A stretch of 36,697 nt of DNA from a virus (Duplodnaviria > Caudoviricetes). Under the pieces are notes generated by a model, which worked only from the letters and a program-made list of their open reading frames with translations, did no database searches and was not told the DNA's origin. The first letter of the stretch is position 1, and the number at the start of each line of letters is the position of its first letter. The stretch lies in IMG/VR virus record IMGVR_UViG_3300037506_000345, positions 1 to 36,697 of that record. One strand, written 5' to 3'. This document shows, one piece after another, positions 1 to 8,159 of the stretch. A program made the position numbers and the translations under genes.

Positions 1-20
1 AAAGCCGCAGCCTTGGTGGG

Positions 21-297
21 TTAGCCAGAACGCCCGAACGGGAACATAAAGGAGACGTACTCGCCTTGCCTCCCCGGGGCAGTCAGCGTTCGATACGGCG
101 TTCCGAGGTGGTCGAATTCGAGCGGGCGACCACACGGGCCGTGGACGGGCGACTGCCCCCTGCTTGTTTTCGACCCGAATCAGCTCAAGGTGATGGGGAA
201 CCCCAAACAGGTAAACCACCTCCTCCCCAAGCGGTTGGTGCAGCCGGGAGATGATAAACGGGTCTCGGGCGTTCGAAACGATAATGGTTTCGCTCAT
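21..297 (-). pseudogene. Hypothetical early protein, apparently frameshifted by +1 (G5 run at 156-160)
   Basis: ATG 297 reads MSETIIVSNARDPF...HHLELIRVENKQG. Removing one G continues into QSPVHG...YRTLTAPGRQGEYVSFMFPFGRSG* with stop 23-21, which is followed by the same post-stop motif seen at 7603-7617. The unshifted frame runs off the window. Confidence 0.45.
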
Positions 298-343
298 CGT
301 ACTTTTTTCTTTTGTTGGTATGGCGTATATGCGGTTTTGTTGG

Positions 344-868
344 TCACGGCTTCGCCTGCGACAGACCCGCCTGATGACAGGCGTTCATAGCCGCCTCCCT
401 TGTCGCGTAGACCTTCAGCGGGCTGTCCCCCCTTTCCCTGGGGAAAATGGTCATGACTTGGCCGCGTAGTCGCAGGTAAAACCTGCGTGGGAGCGAACAA
501 ATCCGTGGCAGTCCTTTCCCCTCTACGCCCCAAACCCATCCACCATCAGGCAGACCAACACCTTTTGTGAAAACCGGTTCTTTTGCGTGCTTACACGTCT
601 TGATTGTTAGGTATTTCTCTACAGCCGCGAGAAGGTCCTGCTCATGGCCGAGCATGTAATAATTGCTGGTCCACACCGTAAAGGTCCAGACGAGGTTAAT
701 TTCGTGGCAGAACAGGGCTGGGCCTTTGGTGGGTATGTTGTCTCCGGGGGCGGAGACGTACAACGTGGTTCCCCCGATGGTTTTTACCTCTCCGTATTGG
801 GAGAGGAAGTCTATGATGTCGTCCCTGCCGAAATTAACCGTGTCGCCGCCCATCAACAGCATCGCCAT
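344..868 (-). CDS. Hypothetical early protein, paralog family A (G-x-DD...L-x-x-YG motif)
   Basis: ATG overlaps the upstream stop (TAATG). Shares FGRDDIIDFLSQYGEV / WTFTVW / DLLAAVEKYL blocks with 1517-1897 and 8989-9321. Confidence 0.75.
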   Translation of the reverse strand: MAMLLMGGDTVNFGRDDIIDFLSQYGEVKTIGGTTLYVSAPGDNIPTKGPALFCHEINLVWTFTVWTSNYYMLGHEQDLLAAVEKYLTIKTCKHAKEPVFTKGVGLPDGGWVWGVEGKGLPRICSLPRRFYLRLRGQVMTIFPRERGDSPLKVYATREAAMNACHQAGLSQAKP

Positions 869-1194
869 TATTCGCCTCCCCATACAAAAGTTGTTCCCGA
901 ATCATTATTTTTGACTGTAATCTCTCGCGGAAGCTCGGGCGTGGGCATCGGCAGCCAGAACCCTTCTTTAATTGATTGCCCCTCGAAAAAGGCGGCGTGG
1001 TAGTAAGTACATCGTTCGCCGAAAACGCCGAGCAGCAGGTGAACCCGTACTGGTAAGATGGTGGGCTCGTCGGCGGCGGACAAACGGCCGTAAAACCAGT
1101 ACCACCCATCTTGGGTGGGGTGCTCACTCGACCACACCCCCTGCGCGTGAACGCGGGGTACGGCCCCTCGCGGGTTGTTTTCGGATGGTTTCAT
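868..1194 (-). CDS. Hypothetical protein (W-x-x-E-x-PTQDGWYWF motif)
   Basis: ATG 1194 has a GGAG RBS supplied by the inserted element; translationally coupled to the next gene. Confidence 0.75.
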   Translation of the reverse strand: MKPSENNPRGAVPRVHAQGVWSSEHPTQDGWYWFYGRLSAADEPTILPVRVHLLLGVFGERCTYYHAAFFEGQSIKEGFWLPMPTPELPREITVKNNDSGTTFVWGGE

Positions 1195-1436
1195 CGAAAA
1201 TCTCCAGTGTCGAAACCCATCGCCTGGAGGCGAGTGGGTATAAACAAACAACACTTTTCTTGGTGACAGCCTCGCCAACCAGGTATTAACTTAATGGCGA
1301 AAGTTGTGGTTGACGCGGACAAGAACGCCGCCGTCAACGTCGGGCGACGTGCCCGAGGGGCCGAAGTGAACCGGCCTATGGCTCCCCCGCCTGGGGTCGG
1401 GCAAGCCCAATCCCATTTGTGGGTTGGGTAGTTGAT
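1195..1436 (+). mobile_element. Non-autonomous IS200/IS605-family (TnpB-derived) miniature element, 242 bp
   Basis: Left-end hairpin GAAA-CCCA...TGGGTA (1212-1240), 17 nt after target TCAT (1191-1194). Right-end hairpin CAAG-CCCA...TGGGTAGTTGAT (1402-1436). Internal TnpB RuvC-III-like DADKNAAVNV. Removing it gives AGGAGaagttATG on the minus strand. Confidence 0.85.
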
Positions 1437-1456
1437 AACTTCTCCTGCGAGTTAGT
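1294..1456 (+). ncRNA. tnpB 3' remnant / putative omegaRNA (reRNA) scaffold with flank-derived guide starting at 1437
   Basis: 1294-1431 reads MAKVVVDADKNAAVNVGRRARGAEVNRPM..., like a TnpB C-terminus. TnpB reRNAs derive from this region plus the right end and 3' flank. Confidence 0.6.
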
Positions 1457-1516
1457 GATTTCCCCCAAAAGGGAAACCTTGTCGGTCCAGCTTACTCCGT
1501 TGTGGCCAACCATGAC

Positions 1517-1897
1517 CTATAGCTTGGTCTTGGCTGGTTTGGCGATGCGCCGAACAGGCGACTGGTTAAGCACCGGCGTCGCTGACGCGCGTGCTAGCTT
1601 CTTAACGAATAGGAAGTGGCGGACGGCCGCCGCCACGTCCAGTCGGAAGTGTTTGTCGTGTGTCCCTGTGGCTGTGCCGTCGTAGACATCGAACCACCAG
1701 CTGTTGTCGGCCTGGTAGCAGTAGACCCGAGGAGGAAACGGCGTGCCGTTTTTTTCGGCGTAAAGCCAGCCGCAACCCGGTGGGCAATTGACCGACAGTT
1801 TCTGGGACGTTTGCCCGTACTGGCGTAGATATTCTTCGAGGTCGTCCCACCCCCATGGGACAAGCTCGCCGTCAAGGAATACGCGTGGAAAACTCAT
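1517..1897 (-). CDS. Hypothetical early protein, paralog family A
   Basis: AGGA RBS; WGWDDLEEYLRQYGQ, NSWWFDVY, DVAAAVRHFL. Confidence 0.8.
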   Translation of the reverse strand: MSFPRVFLDGELVPWGWDDLEEYLRQYGQTSQKLSVNCPPGCGWLYAEKNGTPFPPRVYCYQADNSWWFDVYDGTATGTHDKHFRLDVAAAVRHFLFVKKLARASATPVLNQSPVRRIAKPAKTKL

Positions 1898-2018
1898 TAG
1901 TGTATCCTATATCGTGAGGCTGGTCGCTTTTATTCGTCGTGATTACGCGTTAATCTCTTCGCTGTGTCAAGATGCTCGTTATCTCGACAACCAACTGTTC
2001 CCCCCGACGGGGGAAACT

Positions 2019-2195
2019 ATGGGCAGGTGGCTTTTCTCGCAGCAAGACCCTATTTCCCCTAATAGGATGCTCCTCCCCCAGAAACCCAACCGGCAACGGC
2101 AGTGGCGTGACGCGTCTTGTTTCGGGGCTGTCGCGATGATAATCATCGGGGGAGGGGCTGTTATCGGTTTTGCCGTGTGGTGGCTGAGCCGATAA
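2019..2195 (+). CDS. Small membrane protein (58 aa, C-terminal TM helix)
   Basis: GGGGA RBS before ATG 2019; hydrophobic FGAVAMIIIGGGAVIGFAVWWL. The only plausible plus-strand gene in the left arm. Confidence 0.5.
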   Translation: MGRWLFSQQDPISPNRMLLPQKPNRQRQWRDASCFGAVAMIIIGGGAVIGFAVWWLSR

Positions 2196-2252
2196 CAACC
2201 ACCGTAAAATCCTCCAAGAAAGTTGAAGGTTTCTGCGTAGCGCTCACGCCAC

Positions 2253-2504
2253 CTATCGCCGCGGCCGCAGCGGCAGCGACAGCCGTTCCACCATGGCGTC
2301 GAAGTCTTCTCTCGTCAGCGGCTCGTCGTCGGGGAAGTCTACCTCAAGCTCGGCGTTAATCTCGCTCAGGTGGGCCACGGCGTACAGCATGGCCACCTGC
2401 ATCACCCACCAGTCCTTCTTGCTCACGTCGGCGTGTTCGTTCGTCACGGTCAACCATTCCGGTAATTGTTCAACGCCCGAGGACCAGTCCTTGTTGGTCA
2501 CCAC
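2253..2504 (-). CDS. Hypothetical acidic protein
   Basis: GTG start at about 2501-2504 just after the upstream stop; coding-like composition. Confidence 0.65.
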   Translation of the reverse strand: MVTNKDWSSGVEQLPEWLTVTNEHADVSKKDWWVMQVAMLYAVAHLSEINAELEVDFPDDEPLTREDFDAMVERLSLPLRPRR

Positions 2505-2512
2505 GAGGTCAC

Positions 2513-2932
2513 TCAGGTGTGGTATCGGGCCTGTTGGAGCCACACCTCGGAGCATCTCCTGGGTTTGTGCATGCCCATCAGGCCGATACCGAATACCCAC
2601 ACCTCGGAGTCGGTGTTACACCGGCCAGGCCTGTTGTCCATGCTTCCGGTCCAGTACAACTCTGCGTCTTCCGGCGATGAGTATTGTCCCCTCAGCTCCT
2701 CCATGAGGTCGGGGTACTCCCCCTGGATGTGTCTCGTAATTTGCCACAGTTTTTCTCCTTCGTCCGTGTTATCCCACTCTTCAAACGCCTCATATTCCTC
2801 CTCGGAAGCGTCGTCCCCCGGCTCTTTCGACCTCCTCGTCATCTCCTCATCCACCAAGGCAATAAACCGGTCGATGAACGGCCCTTCGGGGATGACGCCC
2901 CAAACTGCGTGTGCGAAGTAGTCAATACCCAT
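2513..2932 (-). CDS. Hypothetical acidic protein
   Basis: GGGAG RBS; directly downstream of a sigma70 promoter. Confidence 0.8.
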   Translation of the reverse strand: MGIDYFAHAVWGVIPEGPFIDRFIALVDEEMTRRSKEPGDDASEEEYEAFEEWDNTDEGEKLWQITRHIQGEYPDLMEELRGQYSSPEDAELYWTGSMDNRPGRCNTDSEVWVFGIGLMGMHKPRRCSEVWLQQARYHT

Positions 2933-2961
2933 GTTTTCTCCCGTTTTGTTATCCTAGGATA

Positions 2962-2990
2962 ATGTTAGTGTGCGGTTTGGAGCGTGTCAA
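2962..2990 (-). promoter_or_regulatory. sigma70-type promoter TTGACA-17-TAACAT
   Basis: -35 at 2990-2985, -10 at 2967-2962, followed by the palindrome TTATCCTAGGATAA (2949-2962). Confidence 0.8.
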
Positions 2991-3062
2991 GTCCGCCCCG
3001 GCGGGATGTCTCCGTCGCCTAATTTGTAGGTTAGACGGTGTGTTACATCGTTAACCTTTGTT

Positions 3063-3376
3063 CTAGTCGTCGTCGTTTACTCCGCAGCCGCCGAAACCCA
3101 CGTGGCCCCCGCCGCCGCCGTGGTAGCCGCCGAAGCCGCCCCCGCCGCCGTAGGCCGCGTATTCGCCGTAGCCGCCGTGGCCGCCGCAGCCGCCGTAGCC
3201 GCCGCCCTGCGGGGATAGCATGCATTGCGACAGCGCCCAGCGAGCGTCTAGCATCCCCCTGCCCCTCCTCACAAGGGCGGCGTCCTCCTGCCGCCCGTTC
3301 TCTTCGAGATAGTCGGCGTACGCTGCCTGCCCTAACGGGTCGTCGGCGCATGCTTGGGTTAGTATATTTTGTACAT
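3063..3376 (-). CDS. TIGR02996-like domain + Gly-rich (GGX)n protein, copy 2 (1-nt deletion after its ATG)
   Basis: ADDPLGQAAYADYLEENGRQEDAALVR followed by GGYGGCGGHGGY. Its own ATG (3376, AAGGA RBS) reads MYKIY* unless one A is added at 3367-3370. Confidence 0.7.
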
Positions 3377-3406
3377 ATTTATCCTTTTCAGGGGAAAAAG
3401 GCCGGT

Positions 3407-3827
3407 TTAGTCGCCGCCGTAGCCTCCGCGACCGCCGTGGCCACCGTAGCCGCCTTGGCCGCCGTAGCCGCCGTTGCCCCCCCACCCCCCCAAAGCCCCC
3501 GTCGCCGCCGAAACCGCCGTAATTTCCGTCACCGCATCCGCCGGAGTCACCGTGTCCACCGTAGGTGCCGCAGCCGCCGAAGATGCCACCTCCGCAGCCG
3601 CCGGTACCGCCGTGGCTGCCGTAACTTCCGTCCCAGGTTTTATTGCCGGCACCGCCGTAGCCGCCGTTCCATGTGGACTGTGACAGCGCCCACCGCACGC
3701 CAAACGTTTTTCCTCCCCTTATTATGGCGGCGTCTTCGTAACGCCCGTTCTCTTCGAGATAGTCGGCGTACGCGGCCTGCCCTAGCGGGTCGTCGGCGGA
3801 GGCGCTGCCGAGTAGACTCTCGCACAT
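3407..3827 (-). CDS. TIGR02996-like domain + Gly-rich (GGX)n protein, copy 1 (extra G in G7 run near 3485-3491)
   Basis: MCESLLGSASADDPLGQAAYADYLEENG. The Gly-rich tail continues as GGWGGNGGYGG...GGD* (stop 3409-3407) only after a 1-nt shift. 32 bp are identical to copy 2 (3742-3773 vs 3292-3323). Confidence 0.7.
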
Positions 3828-4053
3828 ATTTCTTCCTTTAATGAGAAACAGGCCTTGTGTGACCCCGTAATCCCCACTCCCTTGCTCCTTTATCCACGGC
3901 ATCCACTCTCTTAACACGCCACAGACGCGACATATCCCCGCCCCCCGTCGTCTGCCAACCCACCAAGACAACCGGTGAGTAGCCGTGGAAGGCCCCACGG
4001 TGACAACGCCCCGCACGGCGTGTTTGGGTGACAACGCCACACCCTTTTTATCC

Positions 4054-4360
4054 TAGGATACTGAGAGTATTCTGTTTTGGCTGCCTGGCGAGCCGCCGGG
4101 GTCGAGAAAACTCCCAGGGGTAGCTTCGGCATGTCGAATGTGCCGCTTTTGGCAGTCATAGCCGTGACCGCCACTGTTGCCGTGCCGCCGCCCCGTTAAG
4201 CCCAGCCCCAAGGCGAGGGCGTACGCTGGACCATCGCCCAGCGTACGCCCAACGTTTTTCCTTCCCTGACGAAGCCGCAGTCTTCAGGAAGACCGCTTCC
4301 TTCGATGGAGTAGGCGTTTACGGCTCTTACGCCTACCTTTCGTTGCCGGGGGCTGCTCGC
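4054..4360 (-). pseudogene. Degenerate third copy of the TIGR02996-like + Gly-rich gene
   Basis: Reads AYSIEGSGLPEDCGFVREGKTLGVRWAMVQ versus ADYLEENGRYEDAAIIRGGKTFGVRWALSQ in copy 1. Remnant HGNSGGHGY follows a stop/frameshift. Confidence 0.7.
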
Positions 4361-4689
4361 GAACCTGAACCCCGCGACTTCTTTTTAACTTTGTTTGCTA
4401 TTTCGACTGGGAGTTTGTCGGAAGTCCAATCACTCCAACTGATTGGAGTACCGTTCCAATATCTAGGGTACGGCGCTACGAACCGTGTGTTTGGTCCCGG
4501 ACCGCGCTCACATAATTCTGTGAGCATGGAGCCACCCGCATTTAACATGTAGGCGCAGTATTTGAAGCGGTGCCTGTCCATCCCTAGATTACGCACATAC
4601 TGCCCCACGAGAGTGAACCCGCCGGGAGCTAGAAACATGTACCACCTGCCGGGGGCAAACGCCGGCTCGTCGTCGTCGTAATCAATCAT
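4333..4689 (-). CDS. Hypothetical protein, possibly DUF6948-like small beta-barrel
   Basis: GAGG RBS; GRWYMF...TLVG...SMLTELCERGP pattern; sits upstream of Gly-rich genes. Family call is from memory only. Confidence 0.6.
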   Translation of the reverse strand: MIDYDDDEPAFAPGRWYMFLAPGGFTLVGQYVRNLGMDRHRFKYCAYMLNAGGSMLTELCERGPGPNTRFVAPYPRYWNGTPISWSDWTSDKLPVEIANKVKKKSRGSGSRAAPGNER

Positions 4690-4693
4690 TGTT

Positions 4694-4879
4694 TTACCTC
4701 TTAATGTTTACCTTGATGATACTGTTGGCTGCGACCATATGCTCGTTTTCCACGCACAGGTCTTTCTCCGCCGATTGTGCCGTTGGATAAACCGCCGCGT
4801 CCTCCAGACGCTCCGTGTAGGAGGGCATGGAGCCTGGCCGGGCGACGTGCTTGCCGTCATTCCTCATGATGACGAACAT
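4694..4879 (-). CDS. Hypothetical protein (SYT-x-x-LE-x-A-x-VY motif)
   Basis: GGAG RBS, ATG 4879, 61 aa. Confidence 0.75.
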   Translation of the reverse strand: MFVIMRNDGKHVARPGSMPSYTERLEDAAVYPTAQSAEKDLCVENEHMVAANSIIKVNIKR

Positions 4880-5207
4880 CTTCTCCCCCCTTTTTTTGGT
4901 GTTGGGTAAGTCTGGCTTCCACTCTGGAGGCCAGTTCGACCATCCTTCGCGCGTACACGACACACGCAGAGTTTTTTTTGTCCATCATACCTATTTGGTG
5001 GGCATAGGTACGTATGTAGTGGAGGTCGGCCATCGTTTCCTCCCCCACCCCCTTTTTCCTCCCCCTGCTCAATGCCCATGGTGGGCAGAGGTACGCCTTT
5101 GCTTCGATGCGGATTCTGTATCTGTTCTTGTTGTGGACCCACCCCACAACGACACCGTCGCCCAACTCTTCTACGGTTACCTCGTCGCCGACACGGAACT
5201 CTTTCAC
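4857..5207 (-). CDS. Hypothetical protein, SH3/KOW-like N-terminus; possibly two fused small genes (second start 5033)
   Basis: FRVGDEVTVEELGDGVVVGW; internal GAGG RBS before MADLHY. Confidence 0.55.
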   Translation of the reverse strand: MKEFRVGDEVTVEELGDGVVVGWVHNKNRYRIRIEAKAYLCPPWALSRGRKKGVGEETMADLHYIRTYAHQIGMMDKKNSACVVYARRMVELASRVEARLTQHQKKGGEDVRHHEE

Positions 5208-5454
5208 ACAGATGCCCTCCAAGCCGCCGGAAAGGTGCCTCTCGGCCACGCGGCCCGCCCGAGTAGGCCTTGGAGCCAGGGGGGGCTAAAACGCGCAGGA
5301 GGGCCATTTCTGTGCGTTTTAGGCCAACCCCTTTGATTATAGGCTTATCATAGGTACAAAACAACGGCTTTCTGACTGGTTTCACCGAGGGCTTCCCTTG
5401 ATTAGCTCGTTCACGGTCATGTTTTGCTCCTTTACTGTGGCCTTGGTTTGTTGG

Positions 5455-6255
5455 CTAAGACGCCCCGACGAGCTGGAGGGGGCGACGCTTGGACTGGGTG
5501 ATGCGGCTGGTCGGCCCGTGGTCGGGGATGGCGATGTTTTTCGCTTTTGTGGAGGTCCCTCTACAGAGGTGACAGTCCTTGCACTGGACCTTCTTCCCCG
5601 GCTGGCGGAACGGGTTGTCCCCGGCGGGGCACCAGACCTCGTCGGGCTGGAGGTCGTTGTCCCGCGTCACGCGGAAGGTCCGCCACCCCAGGGTATTGGC
5701 CCGTTCCTTTTCCCCGAGGGAGGAGACCGAAGCCATACAGTACTTGGCGAACCCTTGGTCGCAGCTGTCCCAGTCGTGGACGTACCCCGTCCAGTTCCTG
5801 GCTAAACCGGCGATGACCTCGGTGTCACGCAGGGGGAACACTGAGGGGTTACCGTAAGCGCCGAGCCTCACGTCGCGACCGCCCACCGCAAGCCCCCAAT
5901 CCTCGTAAAAGGGCAGCGGTGGGTAGCCCCCGTCCTTCGCGGTCCTGTACACCGCCAGCGGAGCGTAGTTAGGCGCCACGTAGCAGCAGGGGAGACGCCC
6001 CCCCGCCTTCAGGCCCATCTCGTCGGACCTCTTGCGCGCCAGCGAAGGGCGAAGCTCGCACTGGCCGCACGTCGAAACGTCCAATCCGCTCTTCACAGCT
6101 TGGTCTGGCGAAACGTCCTTTCGCAGCACCCACATCTGGAGCATTTCCCCCGTTTTGGGGTTCTTCGCCGGGCGCTCCATGCCGGTTACCACCAGCATGA
6201 CCGGTGCCCCGTCGTAGGGGGAGAACCCCTCCCCCAGAATGTAACCGTTCGGCAT
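5455..6255 (-). CDS. Cys-rich putative Fe-S / radical-SAM-like phage protein (Gp88/DUF7227-like)
   Basis: N-x-KTG, CGQC...CYV, VRLGAYGNP, WTGYVH-x-W, MASV, GWRTFRV, CPA...CKDCHLC motifs. Confidence 0.7.
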   Translation of the reverse strand: MPNGYILGEGFSPYDGAPVMLVVTGMERPAKNPKTGEMLQMWVLRKDVSPDQAVKSGLDVSTCGQCELRPSLARKRSDEMGLKAGGRLPCCYVAPNYAPLAVYRTAKDGGYPPLPFYEDWGLAVGGRDVRLGAYGNPSVFPLRDTEVIAGLARNWTGYVHDWDSCDQGFAKYCMASVSSLGEKERANTLGWRTFRVTRDNDLQPDEVWCPAGDNPFRQPGKKVQCKDCHLCRGTSTKAKNIAIPDHGPTSRITQSKRRPLQLVGAS

Positions 6256-6264
6256 ACCACCCCC

Positions 6265-6296
6265 AAAAGGAAAGGACGGGGTTGACAGCCCCGCCC
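6265..6296 (-). terminator. GC hairpin + U-rich tail (terminator/attenuator-like)
   Basis: GGGCGGGG-ctgtcaa-CCCCGTCC-TTTCCTTTT. Confidence 0.55.
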
Positions 6297-6339
6297 TGAT
6301 ACCACTGCGTGTTGACGTAACCGTTTGATATCAAACGAC

Positions 6340-6831
6340 TTACGATTTCCCCTTCTGTTTCTTGTTACGCCGTGTCTTCCCCGTGGTGGAGCTGACCACC
6401 CGCCGCAGTTTTGAGTAGGACACGCCGTGGTCGCGGCTGGCCTGCGCCATGCTCTTCCCGGCCTTCACGTCCGACAGGGCCTTTTCCATGGGGGTTGGCT
6501 CAGGCTCGACCGCCTCCTGAGCCGCCACGGCTACCACCTCTGGCCGCGTGGCTTCCACCTCTGGTGGCAGGGTTTCCACCGCCAGCACCTCTGTCGGCAA
6601 ACCCTCGTGGGTCAGTAGTTTGACCGTCGGGAGGACAGCCTTGGCCTTGACCCCGACGAACTCCTGACAGACCCATTCGTACAGCCCGTAAATCACGGCC
6701 GCGTAGACAAGGAAGCACAGGTAGACGAACGTCAGCGCCGCCGCCACCACCAGCAGGGCCGCCCCGATAAGGGCCGCCAGGACGGTCGCCGGGTTCGTCA
6801 GGGCAAGAACGTAGATAATCTTCTTTTCCAT
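6340..6831 (-). CDS. Membrane-anchored protein with C-terminal psq/Fis-like HTH
   Basis: About 45-aa hydrophobic N-terminus, E/P/A-rich linker, MEKALSDVKAGKSMAQASRDHGVSYSKLRR; AGGAG RBS. Confidence 0.8.
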   Translation of the reverse strand: MEKKIIYVLALTNPATVLAALIGAALLVVAAALTFVYLCFLVYAAVIYGLYEWVCQEFVGVKAKAVLPTVKLLTHEGLPTEVLAVETLPPEVEATRPEVVAVAAQEAVEPEPTPMEKALSDVKAGKSMAQASRDHGVSYSKLRRVVSSTTGKTRRNKKQKGKS

Positions 6832-6842
6832 TTTTTGCTCCT

Positions 6843-6874
6843 AAATAGAAACGGGGACGGGACAATCCCGCCCC
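6843..6874 (-). terminator. GC hairpin + U-rich tail
   Basis: GGGGCGGGA-ttg-TCCCGTCCC followed by GTTTCTATTT. Confidence 0.55.
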
Positions 6875-6899
6875 CCACACCACGGATTTCCCCTGCGCG

Positions 6900-7070
6900 T
6901 TACTTCGCCCCACCCCTCGGGGTCAGGCCGGCGTCTTCGATGAGAGTCGCGATTTCGGGCAGCGTGTCCGGAGACCAGTCCGCCTCTGTGTCCCCGTCGG
7001 GATAGAGGATGTCGATAATCCCCTCTACCAGCACGCACAACCCCCTGTGTGTTAGGTCTCGCGGTTGCAT
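6900..7070 (-). CDS. Hypothetical protein (WSPDTL-x-EIA motif)
   Basis: ATG overlaps the upstream stop; 56 aa. Confidence 0.75.
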   Translation of the reverse strand: MQPRDLTHRGLCVLVEGIIDILYPDGDTEADWSPDTLPEIATLIEDAGLTPRGGAK

Positions 7071-7357
7071 CACTTCCCCCCTTCCATGATTTTCATCATG
7101 GTTTTGTCGTCGAGCCGCCCGTGCTGCCAGTAGTACTCGCAGTCTTCGCACACACGACCTTCCCACACGACCTTGCCGTCCTCGCCGCAGGTCACCCCCT
7201 TCCCCTCGTATCTGTCTCCCCCCTTCATGGTGCCGCAGCAATCGCAGTGGCACCACGAGAACCACGCCTCCCCGTTGGTCGTCAGGATGTCCGCCCCGAC
7301 CGACTCCTTGAAGTTGGCCACCCCCTGCTGGTAGTCCGCGTACTCTTCGGCGGTCAT
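7070..7357 (-). CDS. Hypothetical Zn-binding protein
   Basis: FSWCHCDCC...GGDRY...VCEDC; RBS present. Confidence 0.8.
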   Translation of the reverse strand: MTAEEYADYQQGVANFKESVGADILTTNGEAWFSWCHCDCCGTMKGGDRYEGKGVTCGEDGKVVWEGRVCEDCEYYWQHGRLDDKTMMKIMEGGK

Positions 7358-7366
7358 GTTTCCCCT

Positions 7367-7582
7367 TTAGTGGTGTGAGACCCGCTTGTTGTGCGCTTTG
7401 ATGAGGACTATAGCCAACGCCACCCTAGCCTCATCCCCCTTCCGCAGAGCCTCCCTGATGTCCCTCGTCAGTCGGCACTCCTTGTCCACGTGCTTCAGCA
7501 CCTTCTTCAAGGCCGCGCCCACCTTTTGGTTGTGGACCAATGCCTCGCGGATATGGTCCTTTACCGGGAAACTTTTCCTCAT
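7367..7582 (-). CDS. Hypothetical basic protein
   Basis: RBS present; internal IREAL duplication. Confidence 0.75.
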   Translation of the reverse strand: MRKSFPVKDHIREALVHNQKVGAALKKVLKHVDKECRLTRDIREALRKGDEARVALAIVLIKAHNKRVSHH

Positions 7583-7614
7583 CCTTTTCCCCTTTCGGCG
7601 TTAGCCTTGGTTGG

Positions 7615-7938
7615 TTATCGGGAACGCCCCGGAACCGCAACGGGGTCGATGTTGACCCTCGCCCCGTTGTGGAGGACCACGTAGTTGTAGACCTTGTGCA
7701 TCCGCCGCCACGCCCTCACGTCGTTGCCGTAGCGGCCGCTAATCAGCGGGCGGGCCGGTTCCCGCTCGTCAACCCTCGGGTCGTAGCCGTACTTAGCTAC
7801 CCCCTCGGGGTCGATGCCCTGCCTCATCACGAGGGCGTACATTTCCAGAGTGGAAAGCTCCCTCTCGATTTCCTTGTGTTTGTCCCTTATCATCTGGATG
7901 TGAGCCAGGACCACGTCACCTTTCTCCTGCAAGCTCAT
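7615..7938 (-). CDS. Hypothetical protein
   Basis: ATGA overlap, GGAG RBS. Confidence 0.75.
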   Translation of the reverse strand: MSLQEKGDVVLAHIQMIRDKHKEIERELSTLEMYALVMRQGIDPEGVAKYGYDPRVDEREPARPLISGRYGNDVRAWRRMHKVYNYVVLHNGARVNIDPVAVPGRSR

Positions 7939-8159
7939 TTCTCCCTCCCGATGCGCGACATCCGCGCGTACCAATACCTCGCCTCCGGCGTCATGTCCCC
8001 CATCCACAGGGATACGTCGTCGGACATCGGCACGCCGACCGCGACGCGTTCCAACCACCGCCCGGCCGACGTGCCGTTGTGGATGTGGTGTTTGACCGCC
8101 TCCACCACCTCCGGCGTGCGGTTCCCCAGATGGAGTTTGACAATCTGGTGAATCTTCAT
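7935..8159 (-). CDS. Hypothetical protein
   Basis: ATGA overlap, GGAGAGG RBS. Confidence 0.75.
   Translation of the reverse strand: MKIHQIVKLHLGNRTPEVVEAVKHHIHNGTSAGRWLERVAVGVPMSDDVSLWMGDMTPEARYWYARMSRIGREK

Noticed and set aside
3063-3700. CRISPR array or non-coding tandem repeat
   Set aside because: The GCC-rich periodicity is explained by Gly codons; there is no repeat-spacer structure.
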